Under the pieces are notes generated by a model. The model did not search any database. It was not told the origin of the DNA and worked only from the letters and a program-made list of their open reading frames with translations. Shown piece after piece: positions 53,401 to 63,300 of a stretch of 64,000 nucleotides of DNA; the stretch's first letter is position 1, and the number at the start of each line of letters is the position of its first letter. Location of the stretch: contig OZ076409.1 in NCBI GenBank assembly GCA_964187785.1, positions 46,998,001 to 47,062,000 of the forward strand, in the 5' to 3' direction. Source of the stretch: Amphiscolops sp. MND2022. Lineage: Eukaryota. The position numbers and the translations under genes were made by a program.

Positions 53401-54510
53401 TCTTTCCTCTCTAATCATGACTTGGGGCAACAGTTATCCGCAGGCAAGACGAAAGAGTATGTGGCTTTCCGACTTCATTGTCGTCAGTTCGTTGATCGTC
53501 TGATCATCATTTTACTGGAAAGCACATATGCACGTTCTGTTATTGCTAAGGGGATGTGTAGTTTCTGCCCCGAGTTGATGCTGGAAGGCGATGATGTGGC
53601 CGTTTTCAGTCTATTTGCGGATTTGTGCCGTATTCTTGTATCCTGTGGTTCGCTGAGTGTGGACGAAAGTAGTGCAGCTTTGGAGGAACATGCAAGTTTC
53701 ATTGTGGAAAAGCGTGGGTATCATTCTTCGTCAGGGCAGTCTGCTGGTGACATCGTGAATGTGGTGCCGTACCTGCTCCGTGATGTTGGGTTCTTGTCAC
53801 GACCACATTTGCTCCGGGTATTCAAGTTGTGTTGTCTTGTCGCGGGAGTGTCTGTCTCACGCTATCCTGCCGTGTCTCTGGATTTATCTGGGTTTGCGTT
53901 GAGTGTTGCAGACTTTCAGAGCTGTGTGCAACTGGTGCAGTCTTATATATTGAGCGAAGGGTATTCGCATCAATCCTTCTTCAGTGATCAGACTCTTATA
54001 GTTGTGAAGAAGGCCATCGCAGATGCTGGTAGATTCTTTGGAGCGTCTGACTTCAGTATGTGGACAGATTTTTGCAGGGAGGATGTAGATGCCTTTGTTG
54101 TGAAGTATAGTGCCTTATTTACTACTTTCCTCGCAGAGCGCCGGAAGAGCTTCGATGCGCGTTATGTGGAGTACAACAATGCAAATCGGATGTCCCGGCT
54201 ATCTGATAGTGGCGATACAGCTGGTTCGAGTGGTTCCTTGAGTTCTGTGATCCATCGGAAGAGGCAAGATACAGGTCCTCCAAGTGGTGTTTCTGTGAAA
54301 TCTGGTGGCAGTAAGTCAAGTAATGGCGGAACGAAGTCGGAGTCTAAGTCTGCTACTATTTCGTTTAAAAGGAAGCAGCAGAAAAATGTCGGTGGTGATT
54401 CGGGTGGTGGAGCTGGTTCATCTAAAGGAAGGAAGAAAGCTGTGCGAGATGCTGATGATGATGGTTCTGGTAGTCAGCCGAAGTCTAAAAAAGTGTCCAA
54501 AAACTGTTGA
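50456..54510 (+). CDS. Seven-exon antisense accessory gene within the LTR element (exons 50456-50576, 50692-51093, 51195-51419, 51529-52106, 52280-52900, 52975-53056, 53210-54510; 1109 codons with one in-frame TGA at 53233-53235); C2H2/BED-like zinc finger plus hAT-transposase-like segments
   Basis: Six GT-AG introns join consecutive ORFs with compatible phases (1,1,1,0,0,1). Total 3330 nt, divisible by 3. Zinc finger FYCRICRRDVKMGSKGAAEFVRHFESKKHW. Confidence 0.82.
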
Positions 54511-54664
54511 TGATTTAGTTTCATTTAGGTTTTGATGTAGTTATATTTTCCTTTTATTGTCTGCTGATCTGTGTTGTATTAGTTTTTGGGTATGTAGTTT
54601 TAGAGAATCTTGAGAGAAATTGACGTAGCCATTCCGGTTCGGTTTGGTTTGTTGAGTTTTTTAG

Positions 54665-57600
54665 CTAGTCTTGAGTTGGACGTGAGTCCTCCGTAGTAAC
54701 TGAGTCAAGCATTCGAAAATCAGGATTGACATTGGGTTTCGGATTAGGTCGTAAGTTGTATCTTCCCACTTTTCTAGGGTTATATCCAACGACGATAGGC
54801 GGCAATTCGGGTGTTTTGGGAGGGCTGTGTATCGGTGGTGGGGTCAAAATATATGGGTTATCGCTGACATCTAGGTCAAATGACGTTATATTGTCGGAAG
54901 GTGTTTTATCTTCTGCAGTTTTTTCATTTGTGGCTGTTTGAGCCACGTCGTTTTCCGTTGTAGGTGCGTCTGTGGTTATTTTAACCACGTCATTTTCCAC
55001 TATACTTTCTTTGGTGGTTGTTTTAACCACATCATTTTCCGTTGTAATTTCGTCGTTTCCTGTTATGTCTTCGATTTCTGTAAGTGTAGCTTCTTTGGCG
55101 GCGTTTTCCGTATTGTTTCCGAACAGAACTTCTCCGAATTCGGTTTCCCAAGCTTGCGCGTACCAATCATTGTGGGTTGTTTTAACCTCTGGGTCTGGAA
55201 GGTAATCTTCCCTTCTGACTGTTACGTCAGGTACTCGCTGATTGGGCGCATATAGCCTTAGGCGAATTCTGTGGAGGGTTTGAGTATACCTAGTTCCCGT
55301 GCGGCGTACGACGTAGTTGTTGTTCGAGAGTACTTTGACTACTATGTAGGGTCCAGTCCAAATGCAATCTTTAAAGGCGAATTTCATCGACTGGTTGTCT
55401 GCCCTCGGATTAAGGACGTAGCAGTAGTCGTTGACTTTGAGTGGCGTTGCTGTCGCTTTCTTGTCATAGTACTGTTTGTACTTTAAGTAGGACTGCATTA
55501 GATTTTCTTCGGCGGCTTGGTGTATTTCGGATATTTGCTTCTGTAGTTGATCCGTCAGTTCTTCGTTGTTATCTTTTTTCCATTCAGGTTTCAATCCGAG
55601 TTTTTTGTCTAGGATGTTGTACGGAATGCGTCCGTGAAATACTGTTGTAGGTTCACAACCTAGGCTTTCATGATAGCTCGTATTGTAGTTCATGACCGCG
55701 ATCTGGACATATTTATGCCACACAGAGCGTCGTTCTCCCGTTGATATCTTTAGGGAGGTTTTCAAAGAGGCATGAGTCCTTTCTAGGATGCCAATTGTTT
55801 GAGCGTGTTTCGTCGATGCGTGGCTTATCCGTATATCCAGTGTTTGTGTTATTTGATTGACTACTTCTGACCTGAATTGTGATCCTTTATCCGTTAGAAT
55901 GACGGTCGGCAGGTAGCAGTGTCGTGTCATGACGTCTATTATGCATCGTGCGACTGTTTTGGCTGTCATGTCCTGTGTCGGGTAAGCGAAAAGGTAACGC
56001 GAAAAAACATCCATCATCGTTATGATGTGTTGGTATCCATTTGAGGAAGGTAGATTTGGTAGAATGTCTACTTCTAGGCAGTCTTCTGGTCCCATTGTGA
56101 ATTCAGTGTTGCTTAGCATTTTGGGACGTATTTGTCTTGTGTCAATTCTTTTATTGGCAATGCAGTCTTGACAGCTGGTTACCCAAGCTCTGATTTTACG
56201 TGCAAGACCCGGGAAGTAGTATTTCGCTCTGCATTCTTGTATCATTTTTGTGATTCCTGGGTGTTTATTTGTTTTCCCATGTAGAGTGGCCAAGAGTTCT
56301 GGGACTAGGTGTTTCGGAATTATAATTTGATTATGGGTGACTGATCCGTCTTCTCCGTAGTATTCATCTTCATGGCGTAATAGGTTTCGTCCTCGTGGTT
56401 CAGTTTTGAGAAGGTGTTTGTCATATTCTTCGTGTGAGATCCGTTGTTTCAGTGCTTTGAGGAGAGGGTCTGCATCTTGCTCGTTTCTGATCCGTGCATT
56501 TTCTTTGATTGCACCGAAGGAGTAGACTGCGGAGTTGAGTGGTATCTTGATGACTTCGGTTACTTTTGTTGATAGTTCTCTCTCATGTTCGTCTAGGGCG
56601 CGTCGTTTGCTGAGTGCTTTTCGGGCAAAGATTTCTTGTTCAGATTCATCTTCTTCATCAGGTAGGAAGAAAAGTTGTTCTTCGTCAGCTACATCTGATG
56701 ATTGTAAATTGACCTCAATTGGGGACGTTAGGATGTCGTCTCGTAGTTTAAGTTGTACCTTTTCTTTCGGTGTAAGTTCGAGTCTTGAGAGAAAATCTGC
56801 TGCTGTGTTTTGGGAGCCTGCTACGTGCATAATTCGAAACTTGAACTGTAATACATAGTCGCAGGCATTCCAGAGTGCAGGGGGTGTCGTTTTGGTCTGG
56901 AAGAATCTCGTTACTGAGCGGTTGTCTGTTAAGACCAGGGTTGGAATTGTTGCTTCCCATAGTATGTGACTGTATTCGAGGAATGCATGATAGATTGCTA
57001 AGAATTCCTTGCAGTAGATAGACATTTTCAGTTGTGCAGGTGAAAAAACTCGTGATCCGAACGCTACTGGTGCGAAGGTTTTTCGTTTGGAGAGTATTTT
57101 GCGTTCATCGTTCTCCTCAATCATGAGGGCGTAGCCTGACGCACGAAAGCTTGCATCCGTCATTAGGACGTATTGTTTTCCTGCTATGGGCTGTCGGAGC
57201 GCAAGTCCACAAGCTTCCGCTAAACTGGCGTTAATTTCCTTAAAGTTATCGACAAGTTCTTCTGATATTCTGATCTTGGAGTCTGCTTTAAGAAGTTCGT
57301 ACATGCCGATGAGCTTTTCTGACAAGCGCGGTATGTAGTTGCGGTAATAGTTAACAAAGCCAATGTATTTTTGAACCTGTTTTTTGGATTTGGGGAAGCG
57401 GACTTTGGGGAGGAAATTTTTGACTTTTTGATCTTGCGGGGCTACTCCGTCGGGGGTGATGGTTCGGCCAAGGAATTCGATTTGGGTTACTCCGAAATGA
57501 CATTTTTCGATAGTTAGTTTTAGTCCTGCTTTTCTAATACATTTGAAGACTGCTCTGATGTTTTTTATGAGCTGTTCCGTTGTGTTTGCGGCAATGCCAA

Positions 57601-59959
57601 TGTCATCTACGTATTGTGCACATTGATCGGCTTTGATGACTGAGTCCAGATACTCACGCATGAAGCTCGAAAAGGCTGATAGGGCTCTGCTTAGTCCTTG
57701 TGCCAGGCGACGATAGGCGATTGTCCTACTAGCAAAATTAAAAGCAAGTAACTCTACTGACCTTTGGTCTGCCATTTGAAGGCAGTGATACGCCTGGGAG
57801 CAGTCAAGTTTGCAGAGTAGTTTTTTCCCTGCTAGGTGTTGTGCCGCATCTGAGAGGGTGCTGACAGGGTGGTTATTGTTGATGTAGTCATCTGCTATGA
57901 GTGCATTGATTTTGCGCAGATCCACCAGTAGTCTCAGTTTGCCGTTGGGTTTCCGTTGTGCAAATATAGGACTGGCGTACTTGGAGAAGGGGAGTGTCGT
58001 GATGATGCCGTATTTGTGCATCAGTGCCAGTTCCACTGTTAGGTCTTCTTTGAGGTTGATCGGGACAGGTAAGCTCTGTGTGTAGACTGGTTTGTCGTCT
58101 TGTGGTGTTAGGCTGACTTTGAACTGTGTATTCATCTCGATATCTAGTCGGTGTCGAGCAAAGATGTCATTGAATTCAACAATGGTGTCCTCAAGGTTTT
58201 CACGGTCTTTGCCCGTAATTAGTGAGTCTGTCCATTTGAAAATTGATAGAAATTTGTTGCGAGAGTCTTCGTTTTCGGTTGGGTCAAGTTTTTCTAGTTC
58301 GGCAAGGTCCCGCAGTTCTTTCAGGATTCGCTTTTGTATGGGCGAATGTTCTTGTTCGTTGCCTGGGTGTTCTGGGGTCGGGAACCAGAATTTTTCTTCA
58401 TTGTCTTCTGGCCGTTCTACTTGCATTAGTGCGTTGATGTACGTGACCACATCGTCATGGTCATTGAGGAGATTCAGGGCGGCAATGTCAACTGGACGGA
58501 TCATCTTCGTTTCTTCGGGTTTCAGGATTTGCAGTTCGGCCATTTTGGTGTCGTTGGCTATTGTGTATGGAAAATCCGTGGTGTTGGCGATTTTAATTGG
58601 GAGCTTTTTATCTCTAGCTGTTGTAATCGCTGGGGCTACTATTACTTTCGCGCATTCATCGAATTGTGGTAGGGGTTGTATTGTGCCCGTTATTGGGTGC
58701 TCAATACTCACAGGGATTGTTGCGTAGATGACTCGGGTAGAGTGCGCTGGGATTGTATGCTTGGCTTCGGTCTTTATCGTGATGGGTTTGGGATTGCACT
58801 TTTGTCTTTCGTCTGTGAGCGCCATCGTGATTTGGATCTTGGGAAAGTTGATGGTTCCCTGTGCCGTGTCAAGGATTGCGGCATGCTTACGTAGAAACGC
58901 TAATCCAATTATGGGGAATGACGTTTGATTCATGATGATGAATGTTTCTTCAAAAGTGTAATCCCCTATTTTGAAGCGCAGAGTGTAGGTGGCAAGTGGT
59001 TGTTCTAGTTCGGCATTGGCGTATTGCACTTTGAAAGGGGGTGGAGGTGCTTTGTTAACAATGCATTGACTCGCATTTTGGTGGAGTTTTTCAGCATCCC
59101 TTTCGCTAATAGCATTAATGTACGCACCTGAGTCGACTAAGGCTTCGATTTTGACAGTGTTGAATTCGATTGGTAAGAAGAGCATTCTCTTTTTCTTCTT
59201 GAGGGCAATTGCAGACATTAACGGGATGTAGTCGTCTTCCTTGTCGTGCTGGATGAATTCTTTGATGACATCTAGATCTTCTGGCAGTGTTGGGTGACAT
59301 TCCGTTATTTCTTCGTCTTCAGCGGCTATTGCTGTGGCTGGCGCGGTTTGTGGTGGTGACGAGAGCGAAGCGGTGTTTTCTCGCTGTTCTCTTGCTTGTC
59401 GTGACCATATTGTTTTGTCTTCAATGCATATGATGTTTTCGGCATCGATCGGTGTGGACGTGATGGTGACGGGTGCTGTTGGGGACGGTGTTGTTCTTTT
59501 CAGGATCGGTGACGGCGGTGACGGTAGGTTTGTGATCTTCGTAGCTTGAGCTTGAGGGTTTGAGACTTGGATTTTGAAGGATAGTTTATTTGTATCATAG
59601 ATGGTTGGTTCATCCCAAGGGTCACATCTGTAGTCTCTGTCATATATATAAATTCGGTCTGTTTTTGATTCCGGCAACGGTCTTTTGAGTGTCGCATAGT
59701 TATCGGGCGATTCTGTTATCCACTGGGGTAGTGGCGTTGGATCTTCTGGGTGTCTGGCATTATGCCTGAGTATCATGCCTACGTTCCAACGGCGTTGCCA
59801 GTCTTGAGTTGGTTCTTCATTACATTCGGTTAAAAAATCTTCTTCATACCTGTTTGGGGGGTCCTCTATCGTGTACGCCCTCGCGTCTACTTTTTCCCCA
59901 AATCGTAGGCGCGGCGACTTTAGTTTTTTGGCTGAGAGGACGTGGTAGGTACAGGTTGT
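54665..59959 (-). CDS. pol: Pol polyprotein (protease, RT, RNase H, integrase with GPY/F), probably made as Gag-Pol by -1 frameshift
   Basis: LVDSGA; LDCSQAY, AQGL, QYVDD; TDAS, KEFLA, TDN, ADFLSR; H-X4-H...CQDC, EVD, TDKGSQF, LER; WTGPYIV. The frame is open from 59959, upstream of the annotated ATG at 59776. Confidence 0.97.
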   Translation of the reverse strand, partial: TTCTYHVLSAKKLKSPRLRFGEKVDARAYTIEDPPNRYEEDFLTECNEEPTQDWQRRWNVGMILRHNARHPEDPTPLPQWITESPDNYATLKRPLPESKTDRIYIYDRDYRCDPWDEPTIYDTNKLSFKIQVSNPQAQATKITNLPSPPSPILKRTTPSPTAPVTITSTPIDAENIICIEDKTIWSRQAREQRENTASLSSPPQTAPATAIAAEDEEITECHPTLPEDLDVIKEFIQHDKEDDYIPLMSAIALKKKKRMLFLPIEFNTVKIEALVDSGAYINAISERDAEKLHQNASQCIVNKAPPPPFKVQYANAELEQPLATYTLRFKIGDYTFEETFIIMNQTSFPIIGLAFLRKHAAILDTAQGTINFPKIQITMALTDERQKCNPKPITIKTEAKHTIPAHSTRVIYATIPVSIEHPITGTIQPLPQFDECAKVIVAPAITTARDKKLPIKIANTTDFPYTIANDTKMAELQILKPEETKMIRPVDIAALNLLNDHDDVVTYINALMQVERPEDNEEKFWFPTPEHPGNEQEHSPIQKRILKELRDLAELEKLDPTENEDSRNKFLSIFKWTDSLITGKDRENLEDTIVEFNDIFARHRLDIEMNTQFKVSLTPQDDKPVYTQSLPVPINLKEDLTVELALMHKYGIITTLPFSKYASPIFAQRKPNGKLRLLVDLRKINALIADDYINNNHPVSTLSDAAQHLAGKKLLCKLDCSQAYHCLQMADQRSVELLAFNFASRTIAYRRLAQGLSRALSAFSSFMREYLDSVIKADQCAQYVDDIGIAANTTEQLIKNIRAVFKCIRKAGLKLTIEKCHFGVTQIEFLGRTITPDGVAPQDQKVKNFLPKVRFPKSKKQVQKYIGFVNYYRNYIPRLSEKLIGMYELLKADSKIRISEELVDNFKEINASLAEACGLALRQPIAGKQYVLMTDASFRASGYALMIEENDERKILSKRKTFAPVAFGSRVFSPAQLKMSIYCKEFLAIYHAFLEYSHILWEATIPTLVLTDNRSVTRFFQTKTTPPALWNACDYVLQFKFRIMHVAGSQNTAADFLSRLELTPKEKVQLKLRDDILTSPIEVNLQSSDVADEEQLFFLPDEEDESEQEIFARKALSKRRALDEHERELSTKVTEVIKIPLNSAVYSFGAIKENARIRNEQDADPLLKALKQRISHEEYDKHLLKTEPRGRNLLRHEDEYYGEDGSVTHNQIIIPKHLVPELLATLHGKTNKHPGITKMIQECRAKYYFPGLARKIRAWVTSCQDCIANKRIDTRQIRPKMLSNTEFTMGPEDCLEVDILPNLPSSNGYQHIITMMDVFSRYLFAYPTQDMTAKTVARCIIDVMTRHCYLPTVILTDKGSQFRSEVVNQITQTLDIRISHASTKHAQTIGILERTHASLKTSLKISTGERRSVWHKYVQIAVMNYNTSYHESLGCEPTTVFHGRIPYNILDKKLGLKPEWKKDNNEELTDQLQKQISEIHQAAEENLMQSYLKYKQYYDKKATATPLKVNDYCYVLNPRADNQSMKFAFKDCIWTGPYIVVKVLSNNNYVVRRTGTRYTQTLHRIRLRLYAPNQRVPDVTVRREDYLPDPEVKTTHNDWYAQAWETEFGEVLFGNNTENAAKEATLTEIEDITGNDEITTENDVVKTTTKESIVENDVVKITTDAPTTENDVAQTATNEKTAEDKTPSDNITSFDLDVSDNPYILTPPPIHSPPKTPELPPIVVGYNPRKVGRYNLRPNPKPNVNPDFRMLDSVTTEDSRPTQD
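59853..59929 (-). promoter_or_regulatory. -1 ribosomal frameshift signal: A AAA AAC slippery site plus predicted H-type pseudoknot
   Basis: Heptamer 59929-59923 lies directly before the gag TAA, and pol is in the -1 frame. Stem CGCGCCTAC/GTAGACGCG; loop TTTGGGG is complementary to downstream CCCCAAA. Confidence 0.8.
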
Positions 59960-61329
59960 TCACTGATTTGGTTGGTTGGGATGGTGAATTCTCGTTTCTT
60001 CTTTCTGGGGTCATTTGCTGCGTTGGCTCCGTTCCAACAATTCTCAGTTTTGTGCATCTTGCCACATGTATCACACTTGGGTTTGGGTACTTCATTTTGG
60101 GCTGGGTCTTTTGTGTTTGTTTTGGCTGTATTATAACGTTCTCGTTGAAGTTTGCGACACTGTGCTTTGTAGTGGCCATATTTGCCACAGTGAAAACAAT
60201 GGCCTCGTTGTTGTTGGTCTTTTTTATGGTCCGTCACTACAGCGTCCACTGTGTTGAGTGGGACTAGGATTGTTTCATCGGGCGCACCTAGTCCGTTTAA
60301 TCTCATCTCCCTCTCAAGATGTAAAACTATATCATTGTAGGGTTTATCTTCCAAATATGCTCTGTTGAGGATCTTTTTGACGTGATCCGGCATTTTGGCG
60401 TAGATTGCTTTATCAATGAATTTTTGTGCTTCTGAGCCGAATGCTTCTTTTGCAGTTTTTTGCAGGGTGTCAAGGAACTCATGGAGATTCTGTTTAGTGG
60501 GGTCAAAATGCAGGGCGTCCCACTCACATCTCGCTTTAGCGGATGATTGGAAATCACCAAAGCGGCGTTTAAATGCCGTTATGACTTCTTCTAGGTTGTC
60601 TTTTTTGGTGTCATCTAGATTACAATACGCTTGTAGTGCGTTTCCTCGTAGGAGTGAATGGAAGTAGTTGATCTTTTGTATCTCAGTTAGGTGAGGATAC
60701 ATTTTGATATTGTTTCGGAATAGGTCCTCAAAAAGTTCAAACTTTTCGGACTTACCATCGAAAACTGGGAGCGAAGCAGTGAGTGCTTTCGGCATTGGAA
60801 GTAGATTGGTTGATGGGAATGTCTGTGGTTGTGGTGCGAACAGTATCTTTGACGTGGATGGTCGGTCTTTCGGTTGTTCGCTGAGTATACGTTGTGCTTT
60901 TGGTCTTTTGGTGGGTTGGTTAGTGGAATCATTGAGGACTCCTGTCACCATGTTACGACTATTGTTCGGTGTTGTTTTAGAACTAGTCGCAGTTCGTGTC
61001 TTGACTGGGGTGGACGTTCTTGTTACGGAGATGTTTTCTTGGTCAGAATCAGAATCTTGTATGTTCGAACTAACTGAGCATTTCTTGTTCGTAGGTGCTA
61101 TTAATTTGAGCATTTCCTTTTGATTTTCGGCTAATATCTTTGTTAAATCAGTCATTATTTCTTTTCTCAGAGTTGTTTTCATTTCCTCCAGGTTTTCAAG
61201 CTCAAGTCTAGGATTTTTACTAGAACTAGGTATCAGGTTTTCAATAGAGCCATTTTCATTCAGAGAAGCTTCGAAATCTCCTGACACTAACTCAGCTACA
61301 GCTTTCCTTTTCTGGCTTCTAGTTGTCAT
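59920..61329 (-). CDS. gag: Gag polyprotein (469 aa) with two zinc knuckles
   Basis: LPVFDGKSEKFELFEDLF capsid-like region; CFHCGKYGHYKAQC and CDTCGKMHKTENC knuckles. Confidence 0.95.
   Translation of the reverse strand: MTTRSQKRKAVAELVSGDFEASLNENGSIENLIPSSSKNPRLELENLEEMKTTLRKEIMTDLTKILAENQKEMLKLIAPTNKKCSVSSNIQDSDSDQENISVTRTSTPVKTRTATSSKTTPNNSRNMVTGVLNDSTNQPTKRPKAQRILSEQPKDRPSTSKILFAPQPQTFPSTNLLPMPKALTASLPVFDGKSEKFELFEDLFRNNIKMYPHLTEIQKINYFHSLLRGNALQAYCNLDDTKKDNLEEVITAFKRRFGDFQSSAKARCEWDALHFDPTKQNLHEFLDTLQKTAKEAFGSEAQKFIDKAIYAKMPDHVKKILNRAYLEDKPYNDIVLHLEREMRLNGLGAPDETILVPLNTVDAVVTDHKKDQQQRGHCFHCGKYGHYKAQCRKLQRERYNTAKTNTKDPAQNEVPKPKCDTCGKMHKTENCWNGANAANDPRKKKREFTIPTNQISEQPVPTTSSQPKN
60938..60950 (-). 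promoter_or_regulatory. Primer-binding site, probably tRNA-Leu type
   Basis: TGGTGACAGGAGT directly follows the 5' LTR end (...CGTAACA). It resembles the complement of tRNA-Leu 3' ends; tRNA identity is inferred. Confidence 0.8.
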
Positions 61330-63295
61330 TTTGATCGAGAGAGAGAGAGAGAAAGTATCTTTGGAAAAGTTGAATTCTTCAAAGATCTAAGTTTTCTTTT
61401 GGATACGTTATAGTAACGGAACAAAACTGATTGTTACAAGGCAAGTCAAAATTGTAACTTTACATGTATGTACTACATATTTATACTTTCCCAGCATCAT
61501 TTGTTCCTCACCTAAAAATTCCTAGGTATCACAAAAATCGGGTTTGTTCAACAAAAAGCGCTAATGATTCATATCATTTCAGTCCCGCGTCGTAAAATCA
61601 GGCTTCAAAATTCCTAGTTGCGTCAGCGTCCCGTAAAATTTGTTGAAATCATTTTTGTTCAGGCAATCCCATTTCCTGTTTAAGTCTCAAAATTGCGGTA
61701 AAATAAAAGTCTAGCTTGCATTTTCATCAGCGTAAGCACGCCGGCATGAACAATTAGTCAACTTTCAATTTGGGAAGCTGAGGTTTGAAGCAACAGGATG
61801 ACACTCAAAAATGGTGACGGAATGACGACGGAATGAATCAATTTGGAAGCGGAGGAAAAACATGGAAATTTGGTATAAAGGAACAAACGATGCTGAAATT
61901 ATAATCTCAAATTCAAACATATGAATTACCTGCTAATGGTATGCTATATTGTTTACATTGAACACAAATTAAGTCCAAACGGGACTTTAACGAGATACAA
62001 CAAAGATGAGCGCAACATATTCGTAATAATAAACGGAAAGCAACTTCAACTCTTTGCACAATAATCATGAAATTTATCAAAACATAATCGAAATCTGGTC
62101 ATTAGCCCGATTGTTATTATCATAAAATACAACTGTCACTACTGACTTGAAGCCGATGAATTGACGTTGACCTTACGTCCTATGTTAGGATTATTGTTAA
62201 GATATTTTAAGTGCCGTAGTAAATCAAGTGGATTTGTTCCCTTAAGGAGGAACTAAGTAAGGCGTAATATCAACGTGTTTTAGTGATTTACCATGATGAT
62301 ACAAATCCAGAACATAAAATTACCATTGCAATTTTCTATCATTCTTCCTTACAGTACAGTTTTCCTTATGTAAAATCATAACTCTTAAATCTTTCAAATG
62401 CATCGATTTAAAGGGCTTCGTTTGGATTTCGTTTGAAGCAGTATTTTTCATTTGCGATTTTACAATTCGCTCCGTAGGTGCTACGTATTAAGATTATCTA
62501 TAGCAGAACAGCGGAATACAATTTTACAATCCGCTCCGTAAATGTTCCGTACGTATTGAGATTGCTCATTGCTTAGCTGTCAGACCAAGCGGAGAGAAAG
62601 CGGAGTGCGTAGGTGAATTCATTCTCTTTCTCTTATTCCAATTGGTGTTGCTAGGGGCAACCGAAATTGATTCTATTTGACTTAGCTAAGAATAGTTCTA
62701 TCAATAGAGTGACGTTATCGGTCCGTAGAAGCAAAATTCCTAATATTAGCTCAGTAGATTGACGTTGCCATAGCGTTTTAAATATTTGCTTAAATCACTT
62801 GGCTGTGCTTTAAGTGAATATTGACAACCACTTCATCCCTGGAAAACAATTCCGCTCTATTATTTGTCTGTTCTTTTTCATTTTAGATTGTATGAATTCC
62901 GTTGGGATCTCGGGATTGAATTTTATTTTAATGTTTTCATTTTAGTGTGGACCAGTGGAAAGAATGATCCCAATTATAGATGTTCATTTTAGTGTTTAGA
63001 TTAGTATGGCAGAAAATCAGAAGATCATACCGGAAATGAAAAATCTTATCACGCACGGAGAATATTTACCCGGAAGTTTTAGCTAAAAATCATTTCTGAA
63101 AAGTGTTCCGTAACGTTTACGTTAGGTTTTGTATTCGGAAAATTATCTGCAATCGATTTAGCTGTACTGTAAGTAGAATTTAGATTAGTTTAAGATTAGT
63201 TTAATAGAGTTTACCTCGGCCTTGTCCTCGACCTCTTCCAAAGCCGGGTATGCCGCTATAGCAGTAGAAATTACGACCGGGAGCGGGTCGTGACA
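60951..63295 (-). repeat. 5' LTR (2345 bp)
   Basis: Direct repeat of 46704-49052, adjacent to the PBS and flanked by TSD ACGTT. Confidence 0.97.
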
Positions 63296-63300
63296 ACGTT

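Larger units (their letters stand above)
46704..63295 (-). mobile_element. Full-length young Ty3/Gypsy LTR retrotransposon (16.6 kb) with extra ORF3 and a spliced antisense gene
   Basis: Two long direct repeats bounded by TG...CA. 5-bp TSD ACGTT (46699-46703, 63296-63300). PBS, PPT, gag and pol in PR-RT-RH-IN order. Confidence 0.97.

Noticed and set aside
56340..56400. Possible short in-frame deletion in Pol before the integrase zinc finger (RHEDEYYGEDG)
   Set aside because: Only an impression of short spacing; it needs alignment to sister copies.
57897..61123. Several + strand ORFs opposite gag/pol
   Set aside because: Shadow ORFs expected from the codon bias of the coding strand; no motifs or splice logic.
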